Shown: positions 49,460 to 60,558 of the stretch, one piece after another
Numbering within the stretch: the first letter of the stretch is position 1
Layout: every line of letters starts with the position of its first letter
Assembly (NCBI GenBank): GCA_965248435.1
Contig: OZ252100.1
Span: 3,008,001 to 3,072,000, forward strand
Reading direction: 5' to 3'
DNA: 64,000 bases
From: Candidatus Latescibacterota bacterium
Lineage (GTDB): Bacteria; Latescibacterota; UBA2968; GCA-2709665
Program-made: the position numbers and the translations under genes
The notes under the pieces: generated by a model
What the model was told of the DNA's origin: nothing
Database searches by the model: none
What the model saw: the letters and a program-made list of their open reading frames with translations, nothing else

Positions 49460-52290
49460 ACGAAACGCAGGAAAAAACCAAGGGCAAGGGCGGCGGTACC
49501 CACCTCCTGATCGGCGTCATCACGAGTGCGGTACTGATCGCGCTCTCCTGGACACATTTCTACGAAGACCAGGAGGCTTCTATCTATGATTTTCGTTTCA
49601 GACTGCGCAACGATCTCTTCGGTCAACCTGCACAGGACCCGGCCATATCAACGATTGACATCGACGATGTGGCCCTTCAGGCTTTTGGGTTTCCTTTCCC
49701 GCGAGATCGACACGCCCTCCTGGTCGACATCCTGGGTCGGTTCGGTGCGCGGATGATCGGATTCGACATCTTCTTCTATGAGCCGGGCGCCGCACTCCTC
49801 TCGCCGGAAGACGTGCTCCAGTTCGAAGCGGAGACGCTTTCCAAGGACGAAGTCGTGGGGCTAATCAAAAATTTCGACCAGAACTTTATCCAGGCGTCTG
49901 ACGACAACCGCATCGTCTACCTGGCCCAGACCTTCGAGGTTACCGATCGAGGTCCGGAGTTCGCGCGTCAGAACCTCCGTAGTCGTTCAGATGAGAAAGT
50001 GGCTGCCATCCGGGCCCTGGAGCGGTTCTCCGTGCCGGCTCCGGCCGGAGTTTTGGATGGGCTTTTCCATACAACCGATATTGAAATCCCGCTCGTGGAC
50101 TTCGTCGGAGCGGCACAAGGCGTGGGGTTTGCACTGCCCAAGCCAGACCACGACGGGATCGTCAGACGCTATCGGCTCCTTCTCTCTTACGACGGGCGAC
50201 TCTACTTTGCGTTGGCCTTTCTCATGGCCTGCGACTACCTGCAGGTCCCGATCCAGAACGTGAAGGTCCTGCCAGGGAAGCACGTTCTTCTGCCCGATGC
50301 GCACCTAACAGACGGGAGCGTGACTGACATTCGGATTCCGATCACCGGAAAGGGGGAAATGCTGGTCAACTGGGCCGGTACCTACCACGGCACCTTCCGC
50401 CACCTGCCCTACAACCTGATCCTGGACTTTGCCGAAAATGAACGGTCGAACGGGGCTTTGAAAATCGCCAAGAAAATCGCGCACAACCATCCTGATGCCT
50501 TGAACGACGGCGAACTGTTTTTGGAGAAGGCGTCACAGGAAGGGGGCGCTGACCTCGATCCGGGACTGCTCTTCGACAAGGCGACCCGGGTCTTCTTCGG
50601 CCGAGAGTTCGAGCAGGGGCTTGTATCGAATCCAGACCTGACGCTCGATGCCATTGCCTCTGCCTTCGGTGTCCCCGAAGAAGAGAAGTCTCAGTTTGAG
50701 GAGGTTTGGGCCGGTCCGTTCAGAGAAGTCGCTTTGAACCTCGGGATTCTGAATGTCCTGAAGGACAATCCGGACCTGTCGCTACAAGGGGTCGGAGAGA
50801 GGATGGGGATCTCCAGACTGGAGGAGATCAAGTATGGCGTGGGCGTGCTCAGGTCCTTGATTCGCGGTGGGGGTGTGAAACCTGAGGACCATCCCCTCAT
50901 CTTCGAAGACCTGATCACAAGCGCGGGGCTGGACGGTCATGAGACTGCCGACCGAATCGTAACGTCGAAGGATTTCGAACGCACCGTATTCTTCTATGGG
51001 CTGACGGCGACGGGAACTCACGACCTAAACCCCACGCCCTTCGGCGCCCGAGAGGCGATGCTGGGTGCACACGTGAATGTCTTCAACACGATCCTCACCC
51101 AAAATTTTCTTGGACGCGTTCCCAGATGGGGCAACGCCGTCATCATGCTGGCGCTCGGCCTTCTGATAGGGATTATGGTCCCGAAACTTCGTGCGCTCCC
51201 CGGGGCCTCGCTCGTGGTTCTGCTTCTGGCCATCTACATGGTTGCCACTTTCATACTGTTCGCGAAAGCCGGGGTCTGGGTCGATGCGCTCGGGCCGGTC
51301 GCAACACTCGTCATCGGCTACCTGAGCATTACGCTTTACAACTATGTTCAGAAAGAGAAGGAAAAGGAATTCGTACAGGGAGCCTTTGGACACTACCTGG
51401 ATCCCAAAGTGATCGACCAGCTCGTTGAGAACCCTGAACAGCTGAATCAACTCGGTGGAGACCTTCGGGTGATGACGGCCTATTTTTCAGACGTCGCAAG
51501 CTTCTCGACGATCTCCGAAAATCTAACGCCCGTAGATCTGGTCGTGCTCCTGAACGAATACCTCAGCGAGATGTGCGACATCATCGCAGAACACGGTGGA
51601 ACGATCGACAAGTTCGAAGGGGATGCCATCATCGCGTTCTGGGGCGCACCGCTGAAGATCGACGATCACGCCAGGCGAGCGCTCATGGCTACGGTCGACA
51701 TGCAGAGTAAAGTGGCGGAGCTCAGAAAGAAGTGGGAGACGGAAGGAAAGATGGAGAAACTTCAGAAGATGTGGGCTGAACAGGGTCGGGGTGAGTTCTT
51801 CAGGGTACGAATGGGAATCAATACCGGCGAGATGGTGGTAGGAAACATGGGATCTCGCACCCGGGTCGACTACACGATGATGGGCGACTCCGTCAACCTG
51901 GCGGCACGCCTGGAAGGCGCCGGCAAGGCCTACGATGTGTCCACCATGATCTCGGAGAGCACCTTCCAGGCCGCTCGAAATGACGTCGAGGTCAGAGAGC
52001 TCGACGTCATCCGTGTCGTCGGAAAGAACGTGTCTGTGCAGGTCTACGAGCTACTGGGACGCAAGGGGGAAGTCGATCCCCAGAAGATGGAAGTCGTGGA
52101 ATGCTACGCCGATGGAGTAGCGATGTACAAGGAACGTAAGTGGGACGAGGCCATCGCCTACTTCGAAGCGGGGCTCAAGATCGATCAGGCGGACGGTCCC
52201 TGCAGGATCTTCATAGAACGCTGTCAGGACTACAAACAGGACCCGCCGGCAGAGACCTGGGACGCGGTCTACGTGCTCGGTTCCAAGTAG
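49456..52290 (+). CDS. CHASE2-domain class III adenylate/guanylate cyclase
   Basis: IDIDD..FPRDRHA, DHDGIVRR, three TM helices, FSDVASFSTISE, DKFEGDA, GDSVNLAARLEG. Confidence 0.92.
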   Translation: MNETQEKTKGKGGGTHLLIGVITSAVLIALSWTHFYEDQEASIYDFRFRLRNDLFGQPAQDPAISTIDIDDVALQAFGFPFPRDRHALLVDILGRFGARMIGFDIFFYEPGAALLSPEDVLQFEAETLSKDEVVGLIKNFDQNFIQASDDNRIVYLAQTFEVTDRGPEFARQNLRSRSDEKVAAIRALERFSVPAPAGVLDGLFHTTDIEIPLVDFVGAAQGVGFALPKPDHDGIVRRYRLLLSYDGRLYFALAFLMACDYLQVPIQNVKVLPGKHVLLPDAHLTDGSVTDIRIPITGKGEMLVNWAGTYHGTFRHLPYNLILDFAENERSNGALKIAKKIAHNHPDALNDGELFLEKASQEGGADLDPGLLFDKATRVFFGREFEQGLVSNPDLTLDAIASAFGVPEEEKSQFEEVWAGPFREVALNLGILNVLKDNPDLSLQGVGERMGISRLEEIKYGVGVLRSLIRGGGVKPEDHPLIFEDLITSAGLDGHETADRIVTSKDFERTVFFYGLTATGTHDLNPTPFGAREAMLGAHVNVFNTILTQNFLGRVPRWGNAVIMLALGLLIGIMVPKLRALPGASLVVLLLAIYMVATFILFAKAGVWVDALGPVATLVIGYLSITLYNYVQKEKEKEFVQGAFGHYLDPKVIDQLVENPEQLNQLGGDLRVMTAYFSDVASFSTISENLTPVDLVVLLNEYLSEMCDIIAEHGGTIDKFEGDAIIAFWGAPLKIDDHARRALMATVDMQSKVAELRKKWETEGKMEKLQKMWAEQGRGEFFRVRMGINTGEMVVGNMGSRTRVDYTMMGDSVNLAARLEGAGKAYDVSTMISESTFQAARNDVEVRELDVIRVVGKNVSVQVYELLGRKGEVDPQKMEVVECYADGVAMYKERKWDEAIAYFEAGLKIDQADGPCRIFIERCQDYKQDPPAETWDAVYVLGSK

Positions 52291-52315
52291 GCGCGACGAC
52301 GATTATATCAACGAT

Positions 52316-52354
52316 AGAAAGGGCAGCCAACACTGGCTGCCCTTTCTGGTTTTT
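52316..52354. terminator. Bidirectional terminator between convergent genes
   Basis: AGAAAGGGCAGCCA / TGGCTGCCCTTTCT stem. Confidence 0.8.
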
Positions 52355-52377
52355 CGATAAGTCTCAGACCGGAAGTC

Positions 52378-54288
52378 TTACTGATCAGCGCCTGATGCCA
52401 AGACCAGTTTCATCTTGTCGTTGTAAAGGTCCGGATCCTTGATGATACGGACCGCCTCCTGAAACTGTTTGTCCCCCCTGAGGGAGACAAGCAGCTTTGC
52501 CTTACTTCCCCACAGCCGATTCGCCAGTTCTCGTTCGATCTCGAACCGGATGAAAGGTTTCGCTTTTTCGAATTCTGCCTGCCGCTCCTTCTCGACGACC
52601 CCTCTCAGCGCTTCAAGGACTTCAGGTCTGACTTGACCATAGAGGTCTGCATCCTTTAATGCCTCTTCCAGTTCGGCCAAACGAGCCTCCCCGACCGTTC
52701 GGTACCCGAGGTCTTTTGACTTTGCGGCGTCGTCTATGAACGTTTTGAATGATGTGACAATGTCTTCGCCTACTGAAAACTCTTCTGGACCCCCCGAGAT
52801 TACGTTCTGGGAGGCATACTCAACCGCGAAATCGAACAAGAGGCCGGCCCTCGACAGGGCAATCACAAATCGAGGACGTTCGGCCCGCTCCACGTTCACA
52901 TCGGGGGTGATTCCTCCCCCCCCGAACACGGTACGACCCCCCGCCGTCTGGAACTTCTTCGTCGCGTCACCACCCTTGGGATCGTGTGAGGTATCTCGCA
53001 GGCCCAGACCAAGCAGCTGACTCAGTTCCATTTCCACAATCTCTTCTGCCTGTCCAGGTTCAAGGTCGAAGCGGTCTATCAGCTCGCCGATCGCTTCCTC
53101 TGTCCGTTCAGCCGACCCGATGATCGCAACCACCTCAAAGGCGGACAGGGTCTTTGCGCCCACCGACAACATCGGACCCCCTCGACGGTGCGGGCGCAGC
53201 GTGGCCTTGTGGATGCTCCGTCCACTTGGTGTGTAGTAGAGCGCCGTCGTCAGCTTGAGGGCCGTCTCCTTCCCAACCTGTCGGACCGTTTGCACGGAGC
53301 CCTTGCCGAACGTCTGCGTACCCAGGATCAACCCCCGGTCGGAGTCCTGGATCGCACCGGCAACGATCTCCGAGGCGCTCGCACTCTGGCCGTTGACCAA
53401 AACGACCAGGGGAATGCCAGACATAAGTGGGGGCTCCTTCGTCCGATACTCCCGGTCCTGGGATGAACCGCGTCCTCGCGTCGAAACCACCATTCGTCCA
53501 GGCTTCAGGAATTTGTCGGCGACCGCTACCGCCTGCGTGAGCAGCCCGCCCGGGTTCCCCCTCAGGTCCAGGATGATCCCTTTTGGGTTGTGGACACTCA
53601 GTGAACCGATCGCCTCTTCCAACTCCTGGGGAGTGGTTTCGGCAAATCGGCTTGGATGAGGACCCGACATGGCAATGTAGGCGATGTCCTCTTCGGCCAT
53701 CCTCGCGAGCTGCACGCTCTTGATCCCGACACGCGCCCGGATGATGGGCTGGTCAAACAGCTCTTCCTGCCCGGGTCGCTCGATCGTGATGATGACTTCC
53801 GCGCCGGGTCTTCCCCTCAGGACGTCCACGACCTCCTGAAGACTCTTGCCCGCGGTCGGCTCCCCCTCGATACGTAAAATCCGATCTCCCACCACGAGGC
53901 CCGATGTGTCTGCCGGCGTATTCTCGATGACACTCATCACCGTAGGCGCGCCGTTTCGCTGACTTATCGTGATCCCCAGCCCGCCGAACTTTCCCCGGGT
54001 GTCGATGCGCAGCTGCTCGAGCGCCCTTCTGTTCAGAAACTGCGTATACGGATCAAGCTCGTCCAGCATGCCCTCAATCGCGGCGCTCGACAACTCGTCC
54101 GGTTCAAGGGCCTTGAAATAACTCGTCAGCAGATACTCCAGTGCCTTCCCATACTCTTCAAGACTTCTGTCGACCGAGGCATACGTATCTTCGCCCTTGG
54201 CTCTCCTGGAATCGACCGCCAGGTAGACGCCAACGAGCGCGATCAAGATCACGAAAACCAACCGTCTGCCACCACCTTGCCTAAACAT
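52378..54288 (-). CDS. ctpA: S41 carboxyl-terminal processing protease
   Basis: LDPYT, GLGI PDZ domain, DLRGNPGG, SASASEI, TFGKGSVQ. Confidence 0.92.
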   Translation of the reverse strand: MFRQGGGRRLVFVILIALVGVYLAVDSRRAKGEDTYASVDRSLEEYGKALEYLLTSYFKALEPDELSSAAIEGMLDELDPYTQFLNRRALEQLRIDTRGKFGGLGITISQRNGAPTVMSVIENTPADTSGLVVGDRILRIEGEPTAGKSLQEVVDVLRGRPGAEVIITIERPGQEELFDQPIIRARVGIKSVQLARMAEEDIAYIAMSGPHPSRFAETTPQELEEAIGSLSVHNPKGIILDLRGNPGGLLTQAVAVADKFLKPGRMVVSTRGRGSSQDREYRTKEPPLMSGIPLVVLVNGQSASASEIVAGAIQDSDRGLILGTQTFGKGSVQTVRQVGKETALKLTTALYYTPSGRSIHKATLRPHRRGGPMLSVGAKTLSAFEVVAIIGSAERTEEAIGELIDRFDLEPGQAEEIVEMELSQLLGLGLRDTSHDPKGGDATKKFQTAGGRTVFGGGGITPDVNVERAERPRFVIALSRAGLLFDFAVEYASQNVISGGPEEFSVGEDIVTSFKTFIDDAAKSKDLGYRTVGEARLAELEEALKDADLYGQVRPEVLEALRGVVEKERQAEFEKAKPFIRFEIERELANRLWGSKAKLLVSLRGDKQFQEAVRIIKDPDLYNDKMKLVLASGADQ

Positions 54289-54300
54289 TCGTTGCCTCCG

Positions 54301-54933
54301 TCAAGGAGCACCCTTCTCCGTCTCCAACCGGCGCTTAACCTCTAAGTAGATCCGGTTTGAAAGTTCATCGATCGGAAGTCGGCCATCCAGACACACCGTC
54401 CCCGCCGGATCGGCCACCACCATCTCCAGATAACCCTGCCGAACGCGCTCAAAGAAAGAGTCGTCGTCACCTTCGACACGATCGGCGATATCAGATTCTT
54501 TTCGAGAGCGGGAAGATTGGACGTCCACGTCAACGACAATTGTGAGATCCGGCATAACACCGCCGGTAGCCAGCCGCTGAAGCCGCTTCAGGTCACCAAC
54601 GTCCAAACCTCGACCATACCCCTGGTAAGCGATCGTCGAGCCAGAGAAGCGATCGGAAATCACGACGTGCCCTTGATCCAGGCCAGGACGAATCACCGAG
54701 GCGACGTGCTGCGCGCGATCGGCAGTGAACAAAAACAGCTCGGCAAGCGGATCAACATCCCCGGTGTCTTCGAGAAGCAGACGCCGGATGTCCCTTCCGA
54801 GTTCCGTGCCGCCTGGCTCTCTGGTAAGCGTGACTGTTCTGCCGTCACGCTTGAGCTTATCCGCGAGCCGGTCCGCCTGGGTCGACTTCCCACTCTTGTC
54901 GATCCCCTCAAACGCTACAAAATACCCTGTCAT
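54301..54933 (-). CDS. tmk: Thymidylate kinase
   Basis: FEGIDKSGKST, TREPGGT, DRF..ST.AYQG.GRG. Confidence 0.95.
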   Translation of the reverse strand: MTGYFVAFEGIDKSGKSTQADRLADKLKRDGRTVTLTREPGGTELGRDIRRLLLEDTGDVDPLAELFLFTADRAQHVASVIRPGLDQGHVVISDRFSGSTIAYQGYGRGLDVGDLKRLQRLATGGVMPDLTIVVDVDVQSSRSRKESDIADRVEGDDDSFFERVRQGYLEMVVADPAGTVCLDGRLPIDELSNRIYLEVKRRLETEKGAP

Positions 54934-55052
54934 ACCATCCCGGGGTCAGGCCAGGAACGAAAAAGCCGGGTCGACACCCGGGCTTCCTTTTCTCGTGACT
55001 GCAGGCGAACGTCCCGGCCCACATTCAACTGAAAAAGGGCCGAACCAACGCA

Positions 55053-55634
55053 CTACGGTTTCGCCCGCTTCCGAATGTGAAACACGCGATGAAGGGCCGT
55101 CACGTTCGCTAACAGCGCGATGGCCCAAATTGCGATCTGAAGTCCCATTTCTCCAACGAGCGCTCCAACACCGATCGCGATCACGCGCTCAGGACGCTGA
55201 ACAAACCCGACGTTGCACGTTTCGCCCAACCCCTCGGCACGGGCACGCACATAACTCACCATCAGCGAACCGGCAAGGGCAAAGAAGACTGCCGAGCTTG
55301 TCCACAGAGAGTCCGCACGAATAAAGCTGACAGCAATCCCGAACCAGATGAAGATTTCGGAGTAGCGGTCGACAGTCGAGTCCAGCAAGGCGCCAAACGT
55401 CGTCTCTGTTCGGCCTGCCCTTGCGACCTGACCGTCGAGAAGGTCGAACAAACCGGCAAGGAGGACGACAAAACCGGCCCATCGAAGGTAGTCGAGTCCG
55501 AAGAGCGTGGCCGCGATCAGGTTCAATCCAAACCCGATCATCGTTAGAAAATTCGGCCGCCAGCGCCTCTTAACCAGATACTCCGTGGATGGCTGCAGGA
55601 ATTCGGCGACGTCTTCCTTAACTTTTTCGATCAA
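55053..55634 (-). CDS. CDP-alcohol phosphatidyltransferase family protein
   Basis: D.LDG.VAR....T.FGA.LDS..DR and SYVRARAE. Confidence 0.92.
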   Translation of the reverse strand: MIEKVKEDVAEFLQPSTEYLVKRRWRPNFLTMIGFGLNLIAATLFGLDYLRWAGFVVLLAGLFDLLDGQVARAGRTETTFGALLDSTVDRYSEIFIWFGIAVSFIRADSLWTSSAVFFALAGSLMVSYVRARAEGLGETCNVGFVQRPERVIAIGVGALVGEMGLQIAIWAIALLANVTALHRVFHIRKRAKP

Positions 55635-55836
55635 CCCTTACGCTCGCCCCGGAAGTACAGTCGACCTGATGCGTGGATACACCAAACCCCTTTCGAGCAC
55701 CCAAATTAAGCCATAATTCGTTGATTCCTTGTGAATATAGGGTAATCGAAAAGGGCTAGCAAGCGAAAATTTGGCGATTCAGATCGCCCATTCAGGCCGA
55801 CAGAAATAACCGACCGACCTCGGCCCATCCGGCAGA

Positions 55837-57081
55837 TCACATGTTTTTGATGATGGCCTGGGCGAATTCAGAGCATTTTACCTCCTTTGCGCCCTCCATC
55901 AGCCGTGCAAAATCGTAGGTCACGACCTTCGAGGCGATCGTCCTTTCCAGGCCCGCGATGATCAGGTCGCAGGCCTCCACCCACCCCATGTGTCGAAGCA
56001 TCATCTCCCCCGACAGGATCAGCGAACCGGGATTCACTTTGTCCTGACCGGCATACTTGGGTGCCGTCCCGTGGGTTGCTTCGAAGATCGCGTGTCCCGT
56101 TTTATAGTTGATGTTTCCCCCGGGGGCGATACCAATCCCCCCCACTTGCGCGGCAAGGGCATCAGATGCGTAGTCGCCGTTCAGGTTCATCGTGGCGACA
56201 ACATCAAACTCAGCTGGGCGCGTCAGCACCTGCTGCAAGAAGATGTCTGCGATCGCATCCTTGATGAGGATCTTTCCCGTGGGCGGGTTCCCGTTGCACT
56301 CCTCCCACGAGACGACCCGATTAGAAAATTCATCCCTGGCGAGCTCATAGCCCCAGCTGCAAAATGCCCCCTCCGTAAACTTCATGATATTGCCTTTATG
56401 CACGAGCGTGACGCTCGCTCTGTCGTTCTCGAGTGCATACTCGATGGCCGCCCGGATCAACCGCTTGCTTCCTTCTTCAGAAACCGGCTTGATCCCAATT
56501 CCGGAGGTCTCTGGAAAGCGGATCTTACTCACACCCATCTCCTCTTGCAACCACCCGATCACCTTCTTCACTTCCTCCGAACCGGACGCCCACTCCACAC
56601 CTGCGTAAATATCCTCGGTATTCTCTCTGAATATGACCATGTCCACCTGGTCAGGTCGTTTGACCGGGCTGGGGACGCCCTTGTACCACCTGACGGGACG
56701 CAGACAGACGTAGAGGTCCAGGGTCTGTCTGAGAGCCACGTTAAGACTGCTGATGCCCCCCCCGACGGGTGTCGTGAGCGGTCCCTTGATCCCGACCTGA
56801 TAACCCCTGAAGGCCTCAACCGTCTCGTCCGGCAGCCAGCTTCCGACCTGGTCGAAAGCCTTTTGGCCCGCAATCACCTCCATCCAGGCCAACCTTCGGT
56901 CGCCTCCGTAGGCCTTTTCGACGGCAGCTTCGAACACAGCTGAAGCGGCCTTCCAGATGTCTGGCCCTGTTCCATCACCCTCGATGTAGGGAACGATCGG
57001 CCGATCGGGTACGTTCAGCTGGCCATCCTTCGACTCAATCTTGGCCCCGTCAGAAGGGATTTCGGGAACGAATTCGGCCAT
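55837..57081 (-). CDS. icd: NADP-dependent isocitrate dehydrogenase
   Basis: [48 protein letters not shown]. Confidence 0.96.
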   Translation of the reverse strand: MAEFVPEIPSDGAKIESKDGQLNVPDRPIVPYIEGDGTGPDIWKAASAVFEAAVEKAYGGDRRLAWMEVIAGQKAFDQVGSWLPDETVEAFRGYQVGIKGPLTTPVGGGISSLNVALRQTLDLYVCLRPVRWYKGVPSPVKRPDQVDMVIFRENTEDIYAGVEWASGSEEVKKVIGWLQEEMGVSKIRFPETSGIGIKPVSEEGSKRLIRAAIEYALENDRASVTLVHKGNIMKFTEGAFCSWGYELARDEFSNRVVSWEECNGNPPTGKILIKDAIADIFLQQVLTRPAEFDVVATMNLNGDYASDALAAQVGGIGIAPGGNINYKTGHAIFEATHGTAPKYAGQDKVNPGSLILSGEMMLRHMGWVEACDLIIAGLERTIASKVVTYDFARLMEGAKEVKCSEFAQAIIKNM

Positions 57082-57292
57082 GTGTGTCCTCCAGACTCAA
57101 TTGGCTGGAAATTTGTTCAGGATTCTGGGTCGCCAAACCTGCGGTGGGCGGGAAAGGTACAAAACCAGGGTCGGAGTGGCAAGGGATTCGTGGCTGCGGA
57201 CTCCCTGCCGACGCCTTATTTGGCTTGACAGAGGGCCCAACCCGGTCTAATTTCGCGTTTCCTTATCCACCCGACTCAAGGAGTCTTCTCCA

Positions 57293-58146
57293 ATGCGAAT
57301 TCTAACATTTGAGGTGGCCACAGTGCGTCGTTTGGGTGCACGCGTCGGCGACAAGATCATCGATCTGTGTGAGGCGGACCCGTCCTTGCCCAAAGATATG
57401 CGCAGCTTCATCACCGGGGGGCAGGAGGCTCTGGCTCAGGCAACCCGCGCCGTCCAGGCCTTTGAGGGAGGGATTCCGGTCGAGGAGGTCCAGATCAAGG
57501 CTCCCATCTATGACCCCGAGAAGATCGTGTGCATTGGCTTGAACTACGCAGACCACGCCGCGGAGACCAACAACCCGATCCCGGCGGAACCCGTGGTCTT
57601 TTCCAAATTCACAACGACGCTGGTCGGACCGAACGATTCCATCCTTATCCTGAAGTCAGCCAAAAGGTGGATTATGAGGTGGAGCTGGTTGCGGTGATCG
57701 GCAAGGGAGGAAAGAATATCTCAGAGGACGACGCCCTGGATCACGTGTTCGGCTACACCGTCGGAAACGATGTCAGCGCTCGTGACTATCAGCTTGAAAA
57801 GCCTGCAGGACAATGGTTTCTGGGGAAGAACTTCGATAGCTTCTGTCCGATTGGGCCTGAAATCGTCACTTCTGATGAAGTCCCTGATCCTCACAAGTTG
57901 GGGATCCGATGCACTGTGAACGGGGAGCGGTTGCAGGATTCGTCTACCGAGCAGCTCATCTTTGGAATCGACAAGCTTGTCGCCTACCTGTCTCACGTAT
58001 TCACCCTGACGCCCGGAGATCTCATCTACACGGGCACACCCGCGGGTGTTGGAATGGGGAGAACTCCTCCGGTCTGGCTCAAAGCTGGTGACAGTGTCGT
58101 GTGCGAAATCGACGAGCTTGGTCGTCTGGAGAATCAGATCATATAG
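57293..58146 (+). CDS. Fumarylacetoacetate hydrolase family protein (1-nt frameshift at ~57643)
   Basis: CIGLNYADH in ORF 1; DYEVEL, NDVSARD and TGTPAGVG in ORF 2. Adding one C restores DSIPYPEV. Confidence 0.85.
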
Positions 58147-58485
58147 GTTTTTTTGAGAAAGAGTGAAAGGCAAGGTGGGAGACCCACCGTGAGGCGCGGG
58201 TTCAGAACAATGGCCACGGGCTACCTGCCCGGTCATGCCTTCTGGATGCACTCCTTTCATCACATGCTCAAGTATCGAGGACTGGCAAGGCTGTTCGATC
58301 CTCTGGATAGTCTTGTGCTGTTGGCTGGTTTTCCGGGGTTTGACACCATTCGCGCGACTATCCCGACCCCGGCATTGGGCGCCAACACACCGTGATAACA
58401 GCTACTGGTGCCCTGTTGCCTCAACCCCTGTACCCCACGATGAATCAACTAAGCTTGCTTTTGACTGCACTTTAAGGTCGTCATT

Positions 58486-60552
58486 TTGTCAACGCCCGCA
58501 CAAAGAACCATCTCAGATCACCCGCCTCCACCGGACACAGAGCCGACCGCGCGCAGGGGGTTGACGGCGAGATCCGTCCTCCTCGGACTGATCGGGGTCG
58601 CCGCAATGAATGTGATCGCCGTCTACGTGCCTTACGACTATCGGGGCTCGATGATGACCTACACGCACGTCCCGATGGCGATGCTCATCGTGTTCGTGCT
58701 GATGGTCATCATCGGTGCGGCCGTGTCTCGCTGGACCGGAGTCGTGCTCTCCACGACCGAGTGGCACACGATTCTCGCGATGTCCATCGTTGCCGCCGCG
58801 ATCCCCGGATACGGGCTGACCACCTTTCTGCTCGCCCTGATGGCCGCGCCCTACTACTATGCATCCGTACACCGCTCGACGGCGGCGCCGTGGGAAGAAT
58901 TCCTGTATCCCTACACCAAGGATTGGCTCTTCCCCAGCAACGAGGGGAATGCCGTCTCGTGGTTCCACGAGGGCCTGCCTCCCGGGGCGGACGTGCCGTG
59001 GGATGTCTGGGTGCTGCCGCTGTTCTGGTGGGGCACGATGATCGCGGCCTTTTTCCTGACGCTGGCCTGCATTGCGGTCATCCTTCGCAAACAGTGGCTG
59101 CGGAACGAGCGCCTCGTGTTTCCCGCCACGGTACCGCTTATGGATATGGCCGCGCACCCGGGATCCGGGAGGCGTGCTCTGCCGGAGTTCACCAAAAATT
59201 CCCTCTTCTGGGTTGGATTCTGTATCTCGTTCGGTATGATCGCGTGGAACTGTATCAGCTACTTCATCCTCGACTTCCCACGCATTCCGATCGGCGAAGG
59301 GGGATTCCAAAAGTTCAGCGAGGAGTTCCCCGGGATCAGGGTGTCGCTAGACCTCTACACCCTCTTCTTCTCCTATTTCGCCAGCCTGGACGTCCTGTTC
59401 AGCCTCTGGTTCTTCGACCTGCTGTTTGTCGTGGAAACGGGGGGTCTGCACACGCTGGGTTTCGACGCGAGGCCGATAAGCGGGTCTTCCCGCGGCGTCA
59501 TCATCTCTCAGACGATGGGCGCCTATGTCGTGTTCGCGCTTTCGGTCCTCTGGGTCGCGCGCGGTCACATCAGGGATGTCCTCCGGAAGGCCCTGAACCG
59601 TAATGCGCCTGTCGAGGACGACGACCAGCTACTCTCCTACCGAACGGCGGTGATCGGTCTGATCGTCGGCCTCGCCTTCGTGTTCCTGTGGCTGATCCGT
59701 ATCGGATACGAGCCCGTTTTCGCGGCCCTGGTCCTCCCGGTTGTCCTCCTGCTTTACGTGGGCATGGCCAGAATGGTCGCCGATACGGGCATGCCCTTCC
59801 TCAGCATCCCGCGCGGTGTCTCGGGGTTCGAATATGTGGGGATCGTTGTCCGCATCGACACGACGAGCGGGAGCACGCTCATCGCGCATCACTACGAGGA
59901 CATCCTGTTCCACCATTTCAGGGGGCTCTTTCTGCCGGCTCTTGCCCACGCCGGTCGGATCGCGGAGGGGGTCCGAGGAAACCGCCGACGTCTGACGACC
60001 GCGGTTGTCCTCGCCTTTTTCGTCAGCCTCTTTCTCTCCGTCACGCTGACGCTCAATCTGGCTTATCGAAAGGGGGCCAACGCGTTCAGCAGCTGGATGA
60101 TCGGAAGTTGGGCGTCCCGGCACCTCGAATACGCAGCGCACAGCGTCGCCAGCACGTTCAAGAATCCCTGGCCACCCATCCATATCCGAAGTCCTGACCG
60201 TCTTGCCTTTATGACGATCGGTGGCGTGGCCATGGCTGGGTTGATCTACCTGCGGCACACCTTTTTCTGGTGGCCGCTCCATCCAATGGGGTTCGCGCTT
60301 GTGGGGGCCGACCTCGTCCGGCGAACGAGCACAACTCTTTTCCTGGCCTGGTTGATCAAACTGCTCATGCTCCGTGTGGGCGGACAGGCGGTCTATCAGA
60401 AATCGTTTCCGCTCTTCCTCGGGCTGCTCGTCGGCTACGCGCTCGGTGTGGCGTTCTCGGGGTTGATCGATGCCGTCTGGTTCCCCTTTCAAGCACATCC
60501 CGTTCACACGATGGGATGGTACGGGCGGCGTTCGCCGATATTTCACTATTAA
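58486..60552 (+). CDS. DUF6785/DUF6784-type multi-pass membrane protein (putative transporter)
   Basis: GLTARS, RKQW...ERL.FP, WWPLHP.GF and PLFLGL..G motifs with many TM helices. Confidence 0.8.
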   Translation: MSTPAQRTISDHPPPPDTEPTARRGLTARSVLLGLIGVAAMNVIAVYVPYDYRGSMMTYTHVPMAMLIVFVLMVIIGAAVSRWTGVVLSTTEWHTILAMSIVAAAIPGYGLTTFLLALMAAPYYYASVHRSTAAPWEEFLYPYTKDWLFPSNEGNAVSWFHEGLPPGADVPWDVWVLPLFWWGTMIAAFFLTLACIAVILRKQWLRNERLVFPATVPLMDMAAHPGSGRRALPEFTKNSLFWVGFCISFGMIAWNCISYFILDFPRIPIGEGGFQKFSEEFPGIRVSLDLYTLFFSYFASLDVLFSLWFFDLLFVVETGGLHTLGFDARPISGSSRGVIISQTMGAYVVFALSVLWVARGHIRDVLRKALNRNAPVEDDDQLLSYRTAVIGLIVGLAFVFLWLIRIGYEPVFAALVLPVVLLLYVGMARMVADTGMPFLSIPRGVSGFEYVGIVVRIDTTSGSTLIAHHYEDILFHHFRGLFLPALAHAGRIAEGVRGNRRRLTTAVVLAFFVSLFLSVTLTLNLAYRKGANAFSSWMIGSWASRHLEYAAHSVASTFKNPWPPIHIRSPDRLAFMTIGGVAMAGLIYLRHTFFWWPLHPMGFALVGADLVRRTSTTLFLAWLIKLLMLRVGGQAVYQKSFPLFLGLLVGYALGVAFSGLIDAVWFPFQAHPVHTMGWYGRRSPIFHY

Positions 60553-60558
60553 AAGGAT

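Noticed and set aside
57635-57650. Programmed frameshift in the FAH gene
   Set aside because: No slippery heptamer; a single missing C in a short run is better explained by sequencing error or recent mutation.
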